Source: Candidatus Uhrbacteria bacterium
GTDB lineage: Bacteria > Patescibacteriota > Patescibacteriia > UBA9934
Length of the DNA stretch: 64,000 bases
Assembly (NCBI GenBank): GCA_018673485.1
Contig: JABHCP010000011.1
Span: 5,417-69,416, forward strand
Direction: 5' to 3'
Below, piece by piece: positions 1 to 11,532 of the stretch. The notes under the pieces are model-generated. The model ran no database searches. It saw only the letters and a list, made by a program, of their open reading frames with translations, and had not been told where the DNA came from. The position numbers and the translations under genes are program-made. Numbering within the stretch: the first letter of the stretch is position 1; the number at the start of each line of letters is the position of its first letter.

Positions 1-2
1 CG

Positions 3-866
3 ACAGATATTGGTTACCGGATTGGGCCAAGAATTAATGCGTCAGGAAGAATACGAGAGGCAAAGATCGCTTTCGACGCGATAAATGCAATGGATGCTAA
101 TGAGGCGACAAAGTTTGCGCTCGAGCTTGAGATGATAAATAGAGAGCGACAGAGATTATCCGACGCAGCGTATAAGGAAGCTCGAGTATTGATCGATTTG
201 GATAGGCATGTGCATGTTATTTGGGATCAAACATGGGCACCGGGAATCGTCGGACTCGTAGCAGGCAAGATCGCGCACGAGACTAACACGTCGACATTTG
301 CTCTAACAATCTCTGGAGATCAGTATGTTGGTTCAGGTCGCTCTGCGCGTGGACTTCATTTGGTCGAGGCCATGCACTCATGCGGTGATATTTTTGTAAA
401 AGCAGGCGGGCATCCGGAAGCATGTGGACTAACATTCGAGAGCCTCGAGATGGTTGAGCTGTTTAAAATTAAAGTTAATGAATTCGCTAAGGATCGATTG
501 GCGTTAGCTGAGGAAATGCAGGAGCTACTGATCGACTCAGAGGTCAGCTTTGAGGATATCGATTGGGCGCTCCATGAGCAGGTAGAGAAGTTCGCTCCTT
601 TCGGCAAGGGTAACAGCGAGCCAATTTTTTCCTTGATGAACGTAAGAGTCGCCTCGGTTAAAGTAATTGGGCAAACCGGAAAACATCTTAAGTTACGAGT
701 TGGTTCTGAAGCCCGATCAATCGACTGCATCGGATTTGGTTTCGGAGATTTAGGAACATCACTCAAGATCGGATCAAACATCGACCTCGCCTTTAAGATA
801 GGAGTCAATGAATGGAACGGACAACGTAATCTGCAGTTAATAATTGAGGATATTGTGATAAAATAG
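3..866 (+). CDS. recJ: single-stranded-DNA-specific exonuclease RecJ, C-terminal part (gene continues upstream of window)
   Basis: DHHA1 motif KAGGHPEACG and RecJ-type C-terminal OB tail ...EWNGQRNLQLIIEDI; frame open to window edge, first listed Met at 90. Confidence 0.7.
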   Translation, partial: TDIGYRIGPRINASGRIREAKIAFDAINAMDANEATKFALELEMINRERQRLSDAAYKEARVLIDLDRHVHVIWDQTWAPGIVGLVAGKIAHETNTSTFALTISGDQYVGSGRSARGLHLVEAMHSCGDIFVKAGGHPEACGLTFESLEMVELFKIKVNEFAKDRLALAEEMQELLIDSEVSFEDIDWALHEQVEKFAPFGKGNSEPIFSLMNVRVASVKVIGQTGKHLKLRVGSEARSIDCIGFGFGDLGTSLKIGSNIDLAFKIGVNEWNGQRNLQLIIEDIVIK

Positions 867-872
867 GCGCAT

Positions 873-1292
873 ATGCATGTACGATTATATTCTGATGGTG
901 GAGCGAGAGGGAATCCAGGGCCGGCTGGGGCGGGTTATATTATTTATGCAGTTGATGAGGATGGGAATCAAACGGATAGGCTTTTCGAAGGCAATGAGTA
1001 CATGGGCGTGGCTACAAATAACCAGGCTGAATATCACGCTATTGTGATTGGGCTCGAGAAGGCTCTTGAGCTTAACGCGACGAGCGTTGATTCGGTGCTT
1101 GATTCTGAGCTTTGCGTGAAGCAGTTGAATCGCGAGTATAAGGTTAAGAATGAAATTTTAGCGAAAAAATTTATTGAGGTTTATAACCTGCAGACTAAGT
1201 TTGAAAAAGTTACGTTCAGACATGTCCGGCGTGAGTATAATAAGGAGGCGGACGCTCAAGTTAATATCGCAATTGATGAAGCACTAAAGTAG
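873..1292 (+). CDS. rnhA: ribonuclease HI
   Basis: SDGGARGNPGPAG...TNNQAEY RNase H type-1 motifs, 139 aa. Confidence 0.8.
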   Translation: MHVRLYSDGGARGNPGPAGAGYIIYAVDEDGNQTDRLFEGNEYMGVATNNQAEYHAIVIGLEKALELNATSVDSVLDSELCVKQLNREYKVKNEILAKKFIEVYNLQTKFEKVTFRHVRREYNKEADAQVNIAIDEALK

Positions 1293-1390
1293 CGTCGAAT
1301 TTTACTGCAATCTTTGCTATAATCGAGGTGCAACGAAACTCTATTTTTATTATGAAATTTTTTTCAAAAAAGGATCAGGCAGGCGCGGGC

Positions 1391-2497
1391 ATGATGGGTG
1401 TTGATATTGGCGCTGGCGGAATTAAGATAGTTGAAATTTTACCGCAGAAAGGTAGAGCAAAGCTTTCAACCTATGGTCATGCACAACGTAAGACTCATAC
1501 AGATGGTGCATTGATCGATCAACCACAAAAGGCTGCTAAGTTAATCAGCGCGGTTGTCAAAAAAGCTGGAATGAAATCCGGGCGAGTTAACGCTGCACTT
1601 CCGTCGCAGGCTGTTTTTCATGCCATAGTTACAATTCCGCAACCAAAAAGTAAAAAGGATGATTTGAAGCCATTAATTGAGGCTCAGGTGACAAAACTCT
1701 TACCAAGACCAATCGGCGAGATGATTCTTGATTCGACTGTGATAGACAAGCATTTGCTACCAAAGGATGAATCGGTTAAAGCTAAGAAATCAAAAGATAA
1801 AAAAGACGATAAAAAGTCTGAAGAGATTTTAAAGGCAAAAGAGCGCAAACATATACGAGTTTTGGTGTCAGGTGCTCCGAAAGTTTTGGTACAAAAATAC
1901 GTCGATATATTCAAAGTCGCAAAATTGGAATTGGCGTCTCTGGAGACTGAGGCGTTTGCACTAATCAGATCGTTGGTTGGAAAGGATATGTCTAAAATAA
2001 TGATTGTAGACATTGGTTACGAACGAACTAACATAACCATTGTGAGTCATGGTATTCCATTTTTGCATCGATCAATTAAAGCCGGAGGAATAAATGTAAC
2101 ACAGGCAATCGCAAAACAAATGGGAATATCGCCAGCACAAGCCGAGCAGGTTAAATTTGATTTGGCAATTGGTGCGCAGAAGGAGCAGAAGATGCCAAAT
2201 ATTATCCGTGAATCTGTGATGCCAATATTGCACGAGGTGAAATATGCGCTTGAGCTATACGATCAGCAGGATTTTCATGAGCACTCAGTAGTCGATAAAA
2301 TAATTCTCACCGGTGGGTCTGCACACTTACCATTTCTGGATCCATTCTTGACAGAGGCACTCAATATTAATGTTTACTTGGGTAATCCATGGGCAAGAAT
2401 CGCAACTCCGGAAGGTTCACAGGAGGTATTGAGTGAGATTGGCCCAAGAATGGCAGTTGCTGCCGGTTTAGCCATGAAAGTATCAAAGAATTCATAA
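1391..2497 (+). CDS. pilM: type IV pilus assembly ATPase-like protein PilM (alternative start 1328)
   Basis: actin-like ATPase fold start MMGVDIGAGGIKIVEI, position upstream of pilin and prepilin peptidase; contains K-rich insertion. Confidence 0.7.
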   Translation: MMGVDIGAGGIKIVEILPQKGRAKLSTYGHAQRKTHTDGALIDQPQKAAKLISAVVKKAGMKSGRVNAALPSQAVFHAIVTIPQPKSKKDDLKPLIEAQVTKLLPRPIGEMILDSTVIDKHLLPKDESVKAKKSKDKKDDKKSEEILKAKERKHIRVLVSGAPKVLVQKYVDIFKVAKLELASLETEAFALIRSLVGKDMSKIMIVDIGYERTNITIVSHGIPFLHRSIKAGGINVTQAIAKQMGISPAQAEQVKFDLAIGAQKEQKMPNIIRESVMPILHEVKYALELYDQQDFHEHSVVDKIILTGGSAHLPFLDPFLTEALNINVYLGNPWARIATPEGSQEVLSEIGPRMAVAAGLAMKVSKNS

Positions 2498-2498
2498 T

Positions 2499-2861
2499 AT
2501 GCGTTCGATCTTAATCATTGCGTGCGATTTTTACCTGGCCGGTATATACGGCCGAAAGTTTGAGCACGATGGTTGGGATGTCGAGATTGCTGAGTCGATA
2601 GCTGACGGTAAGACGATGATCGCAAAAATGCAGCCGGACGTTGTATTGCTTGAGAAGGATTGCACAAAAGATATTGTTGATTTGGTGCGAGAACTCAAGG
2701 GCTTGCCAACGATGCAATCTGCTAAGCTAGTTATTTTAGCCAAAGAATCAGATCGTGATGAAATTCAAAAAGCACGAAACGCGGGTGCCGATCAATACCT
2801 TCTTCTGGGACACTTCGTTCCACATGAGGCAGTTGAAAAAATAAGACAACTTGTATCGTGA
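2499..2861 (+). CDS. response-regulator receiver-like (pseudo-receiver) domain protein
   Basis: REC-like layout ILIIACD...PDVVLLEKD...LVILAKES...GADQYLL; the phospho-acceptor Asp position appears to be Glu. Confidence 0.45.
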   Translation: MRSILIIACDFYLAGIYGRKFEHDGWDVEIAESIADGKTMIAKMQPDVVLLEKDCTKDIVDLVRELKGLPTMQSAKLVILAKESDRDEIQKARNAGADQYLLLGHFVPHEAVEKIRQLVS

Positions 2862-2875
2862 TATAATCACAACAT

Positions 2876-3382
2876 ATGTATAAAAGCGGATTTACAAAAA
2901 TTGAGATTCTAATTATTGCGACCATTGTTGGTGTGCTAGGGCTGAGTGCTGTTTTTGCAGTAACGACTGCCAGATCACGAACTCGTGACGCTGTGAGGAT
3001 GTCCGATGTACGACAAGTGCAAGCGGGCCTTGAGGTTTACTTTATAGGCAACAATGCCTATCCGGAGTCGTTGGATTATATGGCGCTAGGAACAGCTACA
3101 ACTAAATGCCTTACTCAAAATGGATTTACATCAAATTGCACGAGCGGTGCATATTTGGAGGCAGTGCCGAGCGCGCCGAGCGCTGGTCTTGCCGGGCTTT
3201 CATCTTGCTTAGGGGTATCTGACGCTTATTGCTATTTAGCTCAAAATGGAGACTATAGAATTCAATTTGAACTTGAACACAATAATAGTTTAGTAGGACT
3301 TCAAAAAGGAGCAAATTGCGCAACTCAAGATGGATTAAAATCTGGCGAGTGTAGTGCTTTGCCAATTGGTGGATCTAATTAG
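2876..3382 (+). CDS. type IV pilin / pseudopilin
   Basis: prepilin N-terminus MYKSGFTKIEILIIATIVG (G/FT-IE class III signal) followed by hydrophobic helix. Confidence 0.7.
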   Translation: MYKSGFTKIEILIIATIVGVLGLSAVFAVTTARSRTRDAVRMSDVRQVQAGLEVYFIGNNAYPESLDYMALGTATTKCLTQNGFTSNCTSGAYLEAVPSAPSAGLAGLSSCLGVSDAYCYLAQNGDYRIQFELEHNNSLVGLQKGANCATQDGLKSGECSALPIGGSN

Positions 3383-3387
3383 AGATT

Positions 3388-4179
3388 ATGACTGAGATCA
3401 TTTGGACAATATTAGTTAGCTTGGGTGGAATCTGCATTGGATCACTTTTAAACACAGTTGTATTTAGGGTGCAGAAAAACATCCCCATCAAAGAACGTTC
3501 AAAATGCATGAAGTGCTTGAAGCCGATTCACTGGGTAGACAAGGTGCCGATTGTAAGCTTCTTCAATCTAAAAGGACGATGTAGAAATTGTTCAGATGTT
3601 ATTTCATGGCAGTACCCAATCATCGAGATGACGACTGGAATACTCATCGGCCTGCTCTTTGTACGTGCACTATTCGGATTCGGATTTTTCGGCTTCGAGG
3701 ATCACACCGAGTGGCTGATCGTATTTGCTCGTGATGCAATAATCGCATGTCTTCTACTTATCATATTTATATATGATTATAAGTATTCGATAATCTTGGA
3801 TCGATTTTCTGTGCCAGCGATTGGTGTCGCGATTGTCTTTAACGTCATTCTTGGCGCAAGTTCGATGGAAATGTTACTTTCTGGTCTTTTGATCGGTGCA
3901 TTCTTCGCATTTCAGTTCTTAGTATCACGTGGAAGATGGGTTGGCTCGGGCGACATTCGTATGGGACTTTTGATCGGGGTCTTATTCGGTGCAAAGCTTG
4001 GAATAGTGGCCTTGCTTCTTTCGTACATTCTGGGTGCATTCGCGGGAGTCTTCTTGATAGTATTCAAGAAAAGAAAACTGGAAAGCCATGTACCATTTGG
4101 TACATTCATGACTTTGGCAATGATACTAACGTTATTCTTCGGAGAGATGCTGGTAGACTGGTACTTGGGAATGTTATAA
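3388..4179 (+). CDS. pilD: prepilin peptidase (A24 family)
   Basis: CxxC...CxxC zinc motif (CMKC...CRNC) followed by multi-TM peptidase domain; directly downstream of pilin. Confidence 0.8.
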   Translation: MTEIIWTILVSLGGICIGSLLNTVVFRVQKNIPIKERSKCMKCLKPIHWVDKVPIVSFFNLKGRCRNCSDVISWQYPIIEMTTGILIGLLFVRALFGFGFFGFEDHTEWLIVFARDAIIACLLLIIFIYDYKYSIILDRFSVPAIGVAIVFNVILGASSMEMLLSGLLIGAFFAFQFLVSRGRWVGSGDIRMGLLIGVLFGAKLGIVALLLSYILGAFAGVFLIVFKKRKLESHVPFGTFMTLAMILTLFFGEMLVDWYLGML

Positions 4180-4192
4180 AATATTTGATAAC

Positions 4193-4338
4193 TAAAAAAC
4201 CACCGCTTACACTGTCCCATCCAGAACGAATGTGAGGGATCTTCTTAGCTCGATCGAAACGAGAAGATTTCTCCCCCTCGACAAGCTCAGGATCTAACGA
4301 CTGGACGTCGAAATGGAAGTGTGAGTGGTGGTTTTTTA
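4193..4338. repeat. structured element A: A-run, long closing stem, internal hairpin atcttct-tagctCGATCGaaacg-agaagat, T-run; paralogous to element at 10863-10992
   Basis: aaaaaaccaccgc...gagtggtggtttttt closing pair; internal sequence alignable with element B. Confidence 0.6.
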
Positions 4339-4362
4339 TTATCAATGTAAATATCTTCTTTT

Positions 4363-4390
4363 CATCATATGTTCGTTCGAACATATGATG
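4363..4390. repeat. perfect inverted repeat catcatatgttcg-tt-cgaacatatgatg
   Basis: 13-bp arms reverse-complementary, read directly. Confidence 0.7.
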
Positions 4391-4440
4391 AAAATTTGTA
4401 TTTCGACAAAAGTCCTTAAAATTAACATCAAAGCAGTTTT

Positions 4441-4482
4441 TTATATTCAACATATGTCCGATCGGACATATGTTGAATATAA
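4441..4482. repeat. 42-bp perfect palindrome with CGATCG centre (ttatattcaacatatgtccgat|cggacatatgttgaatataa)
   Basis: 20-bp arms exactly reverse-complementary; member of CGATCG-centred palindrome family. Confidence 0.75.
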
Positions 4483-4539
4483 AAAAATGATCCCTACTAA
4501 TTGTAAGGATCACCTTATATCACTCAGGTTATTTTATTT

Positions 4540-5181
4540 TTAAAAATCATCAGCTGAAAGTGTTGGTACGGACTCAAGTTCTTTGTATAGATTAGCTTTT
4601 GCTTTTTCTAAATCTTTTGCATCTAATTTTTTGTATTCCGTTTCAATGTACGTATCGACCTTGGCAGCCATTTCCTTTGCGCGTTCAAGCTCGAGTTCAA
4701 GCTCCTGACCTTCAGTTTCAAGTGGCCCATAATTAAGTTCCATGTTTAGCTTAGAGTCTGCGGTGACAATTGTTCCAAGATCGATCGAGTGCCGTCTTAC
4801 ATTGCTTAAATCGCTGGTCGCAGCTCCGATTCGCTGTCGCAGTCCTTTGGATCCATTATGCAATCTAAGAATCGCATCTTTGTGACCAATATCAAATTGA
4901 TCAGCGAGTGTTCCATTTTGAGCTAATTCAGAAAGTTGCTCTAAGCTCATCTTTACGTCACCACCACCAATATTGAACTGATCAGTAATGTTGCTTAGCG
5001 AAGCGATTTCTCGTTTTGCATCCGCAAGGTCTAGTTTTAAATCCTGCATTAGATCTTTACCTTGCTCAAGAGAAGTTTTTTCAACTTGAGCCGCTTTGGG
5101 TGCAATATCAACGATTGGAGTGGCAGTATCAACAGTCGTAGTATCAACATCAGTGCTCGAAGTTCCACCGTCTAAAACCAT
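4540..5181 (-). CDS. hypothetical coiled-coil protein
   Basis: 213-aa ORF, no recognised domain. Confidence 0.5.
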   Translation of the reverse strand: MVLDGGTSSTDVDTTTVDTATPIVDIAPKAAQVEKTSLEQGKDLMQDLKLDLADAKREIASLSNITDQFNIGGGDVKMSLEQLSELAQNGTLADQFDIGHKDAILRLHNGSKGLRQRIGAATSDLSNVRRHSIDLGTIVTADSKLNMELNYGPLETEGQELELELERAKEMAAKVDTYIETEYKKLDAKDLEKAKANLYKELESVPTLSADDF

Positions 5182-5230
5182 ATAAAATTTGTTACTTATT
5201 ACAAGATTATTGTAGCAGTTTTATCAATTA

Positions 5231-5470
5231 GTGCGAGTTTTATCCACAGGAAGCTTACCCCCTGAGAGTCCAACTCCCGAGAGTTCGACTCTGGTTTTGT
5301 TGAGCTATGACTATATCCATAGAATGATAAACCCCCACGTCACGATGACGCGGGGGCGAGGTGCGGCGCTAGGTGTTGTCCTGGCTGCGGAACGGGGCGG
5401 TCAGCTCGATCTCCAAGCGGCCCTTACGGGTCTTGGAGTTGCAGAAACACGGTGTATATTTGGTTCTTAA
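5231..5470. ncRNA. GC-rich structured segment, candidate ncRNA of unknown class (possibly RNase P-like; not confirmed) or GC-rich mosaic repeat
   Basis: about 60 percent GC island in AT-rich intergenic region between two minus-strand genes; multiple stems (cccccacg/cgcggggg, ctccaag/cttggag); segments weakly resembling RNase P CR-I and CR-IV but P4 pairing not satisfied; overlapping ORF 5231-5470 judged spurious. Confidence 0.3.
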
Positions 5471-5486
5471 CATAAAAAATATATCC

Positions 5487-5516
5487 CTGCGTTCGGTGAC
5501 GTAGGGATATATTTTG
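5487..5516. terminator. hairpin with flanking A/T runs, likely terminator of minus-strand gene 5530-6132
   Basis: atatccct...agggatat stem followed by atttt. Confidence 0.5.
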
Positions 5517-5529
5517 GATTTTGATGTTC

Positions 5530-6132
5530 TTATTTTGCGCTTAGCTCAGCTTCTTTTCTTGCTGCATAATCTTCGATCTTCTTCATTTCAGCAAGGAATG
5601 CCTTTGCTTGCTCTATGCTTGCTAAGACTTCTTCAAGATACGGTCGTTCGACGCTTAAGTCTTCTTCAAGATACGGTTGTTCCGTGTTGGTCTTTTCCGA
5701 ATCTTTAATAGCTTGTGCGTATCTCTCTGCTGCTTCTAGTGAATTAATAATCTCTTCTGCATCACTGAGCTGTGCCTCCATTTGTCCTTTTGCGTAATCA
5801 AGAAATTGATTCATTGCATCTACATAGCCACGTGCAGGCTGCTTGATGTCCTCAGCGGCACTATCAATCATGTCCATGGCAAGCTCGAAGGCGACTTTGT
5901 ATCCCCCAATTCCTTCAGGTACAGAGTGACGTTTATTCCCTGGATTTAAATCTCGAATATTGAAACGATATCTTTCATTTTTTTTTAAGGCTTCGTATGT
6001 GGCATCTGCATGTCCAAGTGCGCCAGTAAGTCGATTGTTTGCGGCTACTTCGTCGTCATATACCTGTCTCTCAGCATCATTGTCCAAGGTTCGTTTCTGA
6101 CTAATTTTTTCCAGCTCAGGTTTTGTGTCCAT
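5530..6132 (-). CDS. hypothetical protein (contains short tandem PYLEE repeat)
   Basis: 200-aa ORF; DNA repeat tcttcaagatacggt x2 at 5636-5690. Confidence 0.5.
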   Translation of the reverse strand: MDTKPELEKISQKRTLDNDAERQVYDDEVAANNRLTGALGHADATYEALKKNERYRFNIRDLNPGNKRHSVPEGIGGYKVAFELAMDMIDSAAEDIKQPARGYVDAMNQFLDYAKGQMEAQLSDAEEIINSLEAAERYAQAIKDSEKTNTEQPYLEEDLSVERPYLEEVLASIEQAKAFLAEMKKIEDYAARKEAELSAK

Positions 6133-6286
6133 AATTGAATGTGTGTTAATTATAGTTCAATATTAACATATTTTCCCCTGCAAAAAAGTCTTATCCACAC
6201 CATTATAACCAAGGGTAAAAGCGTATTATTTTTTTGGATATAGATACACACAGACTTCGTTTCGTAGATGAGGTGAGATTTGATAA

Positions 6287-8347
<2,061 letters not shown>

Positions 8348-8350
8348 AAT

Positions 8351-8644
8351 ATGCCTAATATAGAATTTGACATAGATCACGTTGCAAAGTTAGCAATGCT
8401 CGACATTAATGATGAAGAGCGCGCTATGTTTGCAGAGCAGCTACCGTCCATTCTTGCATACGTAGGTAAACTGGCAGAAGTTGACACTGAAGGAGTTGAT
8501 TCTTCAGCGTATATTTCTGATCTTCAAGATGTAATGCGTAAGGATGAAGAGGTTAGATCATCTAATGAGCTTCGAGCGAGCCTTATAAAATCATTTCCAA
8601 AAGAGTCAGGTGGTGCGCTTGAAGTGCCAGCGGTTTTTGAATAA
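8351..8644 (+). CDS. gatC: Asp-tRNA(Asn)/Glu-tRNA(Gln) amidotransferase subunit C
   Basis: 97 aa, typical GatC N-terminus, immediately upstream of gatA. Confidence 0.8.
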   Translation: MPNIEFDIDHVAKLAMLDINDEERAMFAEQLPSILAYVGKLAEVDTEGVDSSAYISDLQDVMRKDEEVRSSNELRASLIKSFPKESGGALEVPAVFE

Positions 8645-8649
8645 TAGAT

Positions 8650-10074
8650 ATGGAATATACAACAGCAGTACAAATTAGAAATGCGATTGAAAATAAGAAG
8701 GTGACAGCCATTGAAGTGTTGGAGCACTATTTGGATATTATCGCGCAGAAAGATAAAGAGATCGGTGCGTTTTTAGAAGTGTTTGAAGACGACGCTCGTG
8801 CTCAGGCAAAAAAGATAGATGAGATGGTAGCCTCTGGTGAATCATTGCCACGCATGGCCGGAGTGCCAATTGCGGTCAAGGATAATATTTTAGTGAAGGG
8901 GCACATTGCGAGCGCTGGCTCTAAGATACTCGAGAATCACGTTGCGACGTATGATGCAACTGCAGTCGCAAATCTTAAAGAAGCTGGAGCGGTCATTATA
9001 GGACGAACGAACATGGATGAGTTTGCGATGGGATCTTCTACTGAAACTAGTTTTTGGCAGGTGACAAAAAACCCAGTTGATACAACCAAGGTTCCGGGTG
9101 GGTCTTCAGGTGGTTCAGTGGCAGCAGTTGCCGCTGGAATGGTCCCAGTAGCTCTAGGATCAAGCACAGGGGGCTCTATACAACAACCTGCGTCATTGTG
9201 TGGAGTTTATGGAATGAAGCCAACATACGGCTTTGTATCGCGTTATGGTTTGATTGCGCTTGGTTCAAGTTTGGATCAAATTGGCGCGATTACTAATGAC
9301 GCGAAAGATATGGCGCTTGTTTTGGAAGTTATAGAGGGTATTGATGAGCATGATGCAACCAGCGTTGATATTCCTGAGGTTGTAACACATGAGCTTTTGC
9401 AAGACAATTTTGAAGGTATGACGTTTGGAGTTCCAAAAGAATACTTCGTTGACGAGATGGATGCTGATGTGAAGAAATTAGTGGAAGAGGCGATCGAGAA
9501 GATAAAAAGTGCAGGTGGTACAATTAAAGAAGTTAGCTTACCACTTACTGAGTACGCGCTTCCGGCTTATTACATTATCCAGCCTGCTGAGGCGAGCTCT
9601 AACCTGGGACGATTCGATGGAATGCGATATGGAACGCGAGCTCAATCTGACAAGCTTAAGGAAAGTTACTTGATGTCTCGCGGTGGGGGATTTGGAAAAG
9701 AGGTAAAAAGACGAATAATGATCGGTACCTATGTTCTCTCAGCCGGTTATTATGACGCGTATTACAAAAAGGCGCTTCAAATCAGGCAGATGATCTCTAA
9801 AGACTTCGAGCGTGTTTTTGAGGAAGTTGATGTACTTGTGGGACCAACCTCACCGGTCGTTGCTTGGGGACTTGGGGATAAGTTTGACGACCCAATTGCG
9901 ATGTATCTGGCTGATATTTTCACAGTTTCGGTTAACATTGCAGGAATTTCTAGTATTTCAGTACCGTGTGGTTTAGCCAAAGGGCTTCCAGTCGGTTTAC
10001 AGTTTTTGGCAGGAGCCGGACAAGATGGTAAAATTTTGCGTGCAGCAGCAGCCTTTGAGGCGCTGACAAAATAA
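8650..10074 (+). CDS. gatA: Glu-tRNA(Gln) amidotransferase subunit A (amidase)
   Basis: amidase signature GGSSGGSVAAVAAG. Confidence 0.9.
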   Translation: MEYTTAVQIRNAIENKKVTAIEVLEHYLDIIAQKDKEIGAFLEVFEDDARAQAKKIDEMVASGESLPRMAGVPIAVKDNILVKGHIASAGSKILENHVATYDATAVANLKEAGAVIIGRTNMDEFAMGSSTETSFWQVTKNPVDTTKVPGGSSGGSVAAVAAGMVPVALGSSTGGSIQQPASLCGVYGMKPTYGFVSRYGLIALGSSLDQIGAITNDAKDMALVLEVIEGIDEHDATSVDIPEVVTHELLQDNFEGMTFGVPKEYFVDEMDADVKKLVEEAIEKIKSAGGTIKEVSLPLTEYALPAYYIIQPAEASSNLGRFDGMRYGTRAQSDKLKESYLMSRGGGFGKEVKRRIMIGTYVLSAGYYDAYYKKALQIRQMISKDFERVFEEVDVLVGPTSPVVAWGLGDKFDDPIAMYLADIFTVSVNIAGISSISVPCGLAKGLPVGLQFLAGAGQDGKILRAAAAFEALTK

Positions 10075-10134
10075 GCACATGTATGGCTCGATATGAGCTG
10101 TACGGGGGAAATTAATAAACTAAATATTTGTTCT

Positions 10135-10845
10135 ATGGAAGAAAAATCAAATGGATTTTTTGACGCAAACCCAAAGATGTTGTTCGTTTTCGGACTTGTC
10201 TGTGGTATTGCGGTTACATTAATAATCGGAGGGGCGTGGCCTGACTTTGATTCGCTGGGTGATGATTCCGACGACGACATAGTTGTGGTTGATGCGGGAT
10301 CAGATCTACCAGATGAGGAGCCTGCAGTTCTCGCAACGGTAACTGAGGATGATCATATTCGAGGAGATATCAATAACGCTAAGGTAGTAATTATCGAGTA
10401 CTCTGACTTTGAGTGCCCATACTGCAGTAACCATCATCCAACATTGGTTGATGTAAGCGAGACATATGGTGACGATGTTGCGTGGGTGTACCGACACTTC
10501 CCACTCTCATTCCACGCAGAGGCAGTGCCATCAGCGCTTGCGTCTGAGTGTGCAGCAGATCAAGACATGTTCTGGGACTACGCTGACGCTCTTTACGAGA
10601 ATCAGTCTGAGCTAGGAGATGATCTATATGTTGAATTAGCAACTGACTTAGGGCTTGACGTGAGTCAGTTCTCTGATTGCTACGAAAGCGAGAAGTACAT
10701 GGATGATATCCAAGAAGACTTGGATAGCGGAGCCGCTGCAGGAGTTACTGGAACCCCAGGAAACTTTGTTAACGGAATCGCAGTATCAGGCGCGCAACCT
10801 GCCTCAGTATTCGAAGGTTTGATTGATCAAATACTAGCTGAGTAA
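10135..10845 (+). CDS. membrane-anchored DsbA-family thiol:disulfide oxidoreductase (ORF opens at 10093)
   Basis: TM helix then thioredoxin fold with FECPYC active site. Confidence 0.7.
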   Translation: MEEKSNGFFDANPKMLFVFGLVCGIAVTLIIGGAWPDFDSLGDDSDDDIVVVDAGSDLPDEEPAVLATVTEDDHIRGDINNAKVVIIEYSDFECPYCSNHHPTLVDVSETYGDDVAWVYRHFPLSFHAEAVPSALASECAADQDMFWDYADALYENQSELGDDLYVELATDLGLDVSQFSDCYESEKYMDDIQEDLDSGAAAGVTGTPGNFVNGIAVSGAQPASVFEGLIDQILAE

Positions 10846-10862
10846 GTTCAATACAGAATTAA

Positions 10863-10992
10863 GAAAAACCGCCCTAATCACCATTTCGAAGGCCGTTCGA
10901 CGGTCGAGAAATCTTCTGACTTCGATCGAACTCAAGAAGATCTCTCACCCCTTCGGGGATTCGAGATGGAAGATCAGTTGGCGGTTTTTTGG
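10863..10992. repeat. structured element B (paralog of element A): A-run, closing stem aaaaaccgcc/ggcggttttt, hairpin atcttct-gacttCGATCGaactca-agaagat, C(UUCG)G tetraloop hairpin, T-run
   Basis: direct alignment to 4193-4338; likely elaborate bidirectional terminator or small RNA. Confidence 0.6.
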
Positions 10993-11013
10993 TCTAACTT
11001 TAGCGCCTTACTA

Positions 11014-11042
11014 TTGACAAAAGTGCTTTTTTGTGTTATATT
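11014..11042 (+). promoter_or_regulatory. sigma-70-type promoter TTGACA-17-TATATT
   Basis: near-consensus hexamers read directly; AGGAGA RBS 9 nt before ATG at 11092. Confidence 0.55.
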
Positions 11043-11091
11043 TGTTTGTTCGAGAAAATCAATCACACCCACCTATAGGAGATGGCAAGCC

Positions 11092-11463
11092 ATGAGTGCT
11101 ACCCATCAGTACACTGAAAAGAGGCTGGCAGTTCGCTGGTACGACTACTACAGCGACAACACATCTGCTGACCAGTTCCTAGTGAGCATCCACCACTGGG
11201 ATATCGAAGACTTGGAGCGGGAGCTCGAGGGTAAGAAGGTCCCGGGACCAGATGGAACCTCCCGCACGGTCATGGCCGGTCCGGATCGTCACGGCCGCGT
11301 CATGTTCGAGGATGGCTCTGAGGCTTTCCTCCACTGCGAGCACTTTTTCGGGCAAGATACGCTCGAGGGTCGCATTGAAGTGCGACGCCAGGATCGTCAG
11401 CTCCGTGAGGAAGCCGGCCTGGTCTGGGACGCATCGAAGTGCGCCCCACGCTCCACCCTGTAA
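11092..11463 (+). CDS. hypothetical protein, GC-rich foreign-composition gene
   Basis: about 58 percent GC versus AT-rich surroundings; own promoter and RBS; ORF track start 10966 lies in AT-rich repeat and is unlikely. Confidence 0.5.
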   Translation: MSATHQYTEKRLAVRWYDYYSDNTSADQFLVSIHHWDIEDLERELEGKKVPGPDGTSRTVMAGPDRHGRVMFEDGSEAFLHCEHFFGQDTLEGRIEVRRQDRQLREEAGLVWDASKCAPRSTL

Positions 11464-11532
11464 CAGCGCCCACGTGTCGCAAGACGCATCTTCTTCACCC
11501 GCATCATCCGTGATGTGGGTGATGTTTTTTAA

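Noticed and set aside
356-808. Antisense or overlapping ORFs from the track (e.g. 356-808, 1684-2013, 7154-7675, 16160-16576, 38070-38450, 43470-43886, 51947-52189)
   Set aside because: They lie entirely inside well-supported genes on the other strand, have no motifs, and in GC-rich genes are the expected open antisense frames.
5231-5470. Firm call of RNase P RNA or tmRNA
   Set aside because: CR-I and CR-IV-like words are present, but the P4 helix could not be paired and the length is short. No tRNA-like 3' end or tag-peptide ORF supports tmRNA. Kept only as an unclassified candidate.
11014-11019. TTGACA -35 boxes as evidence that GC-rich genes brought foreign promoters
   Set aside because: TTGACA-17-TATAnT also precedes native genes (e.g. 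51030, 57893), so the promoters look native-type. Only the coding GC is anomalous.
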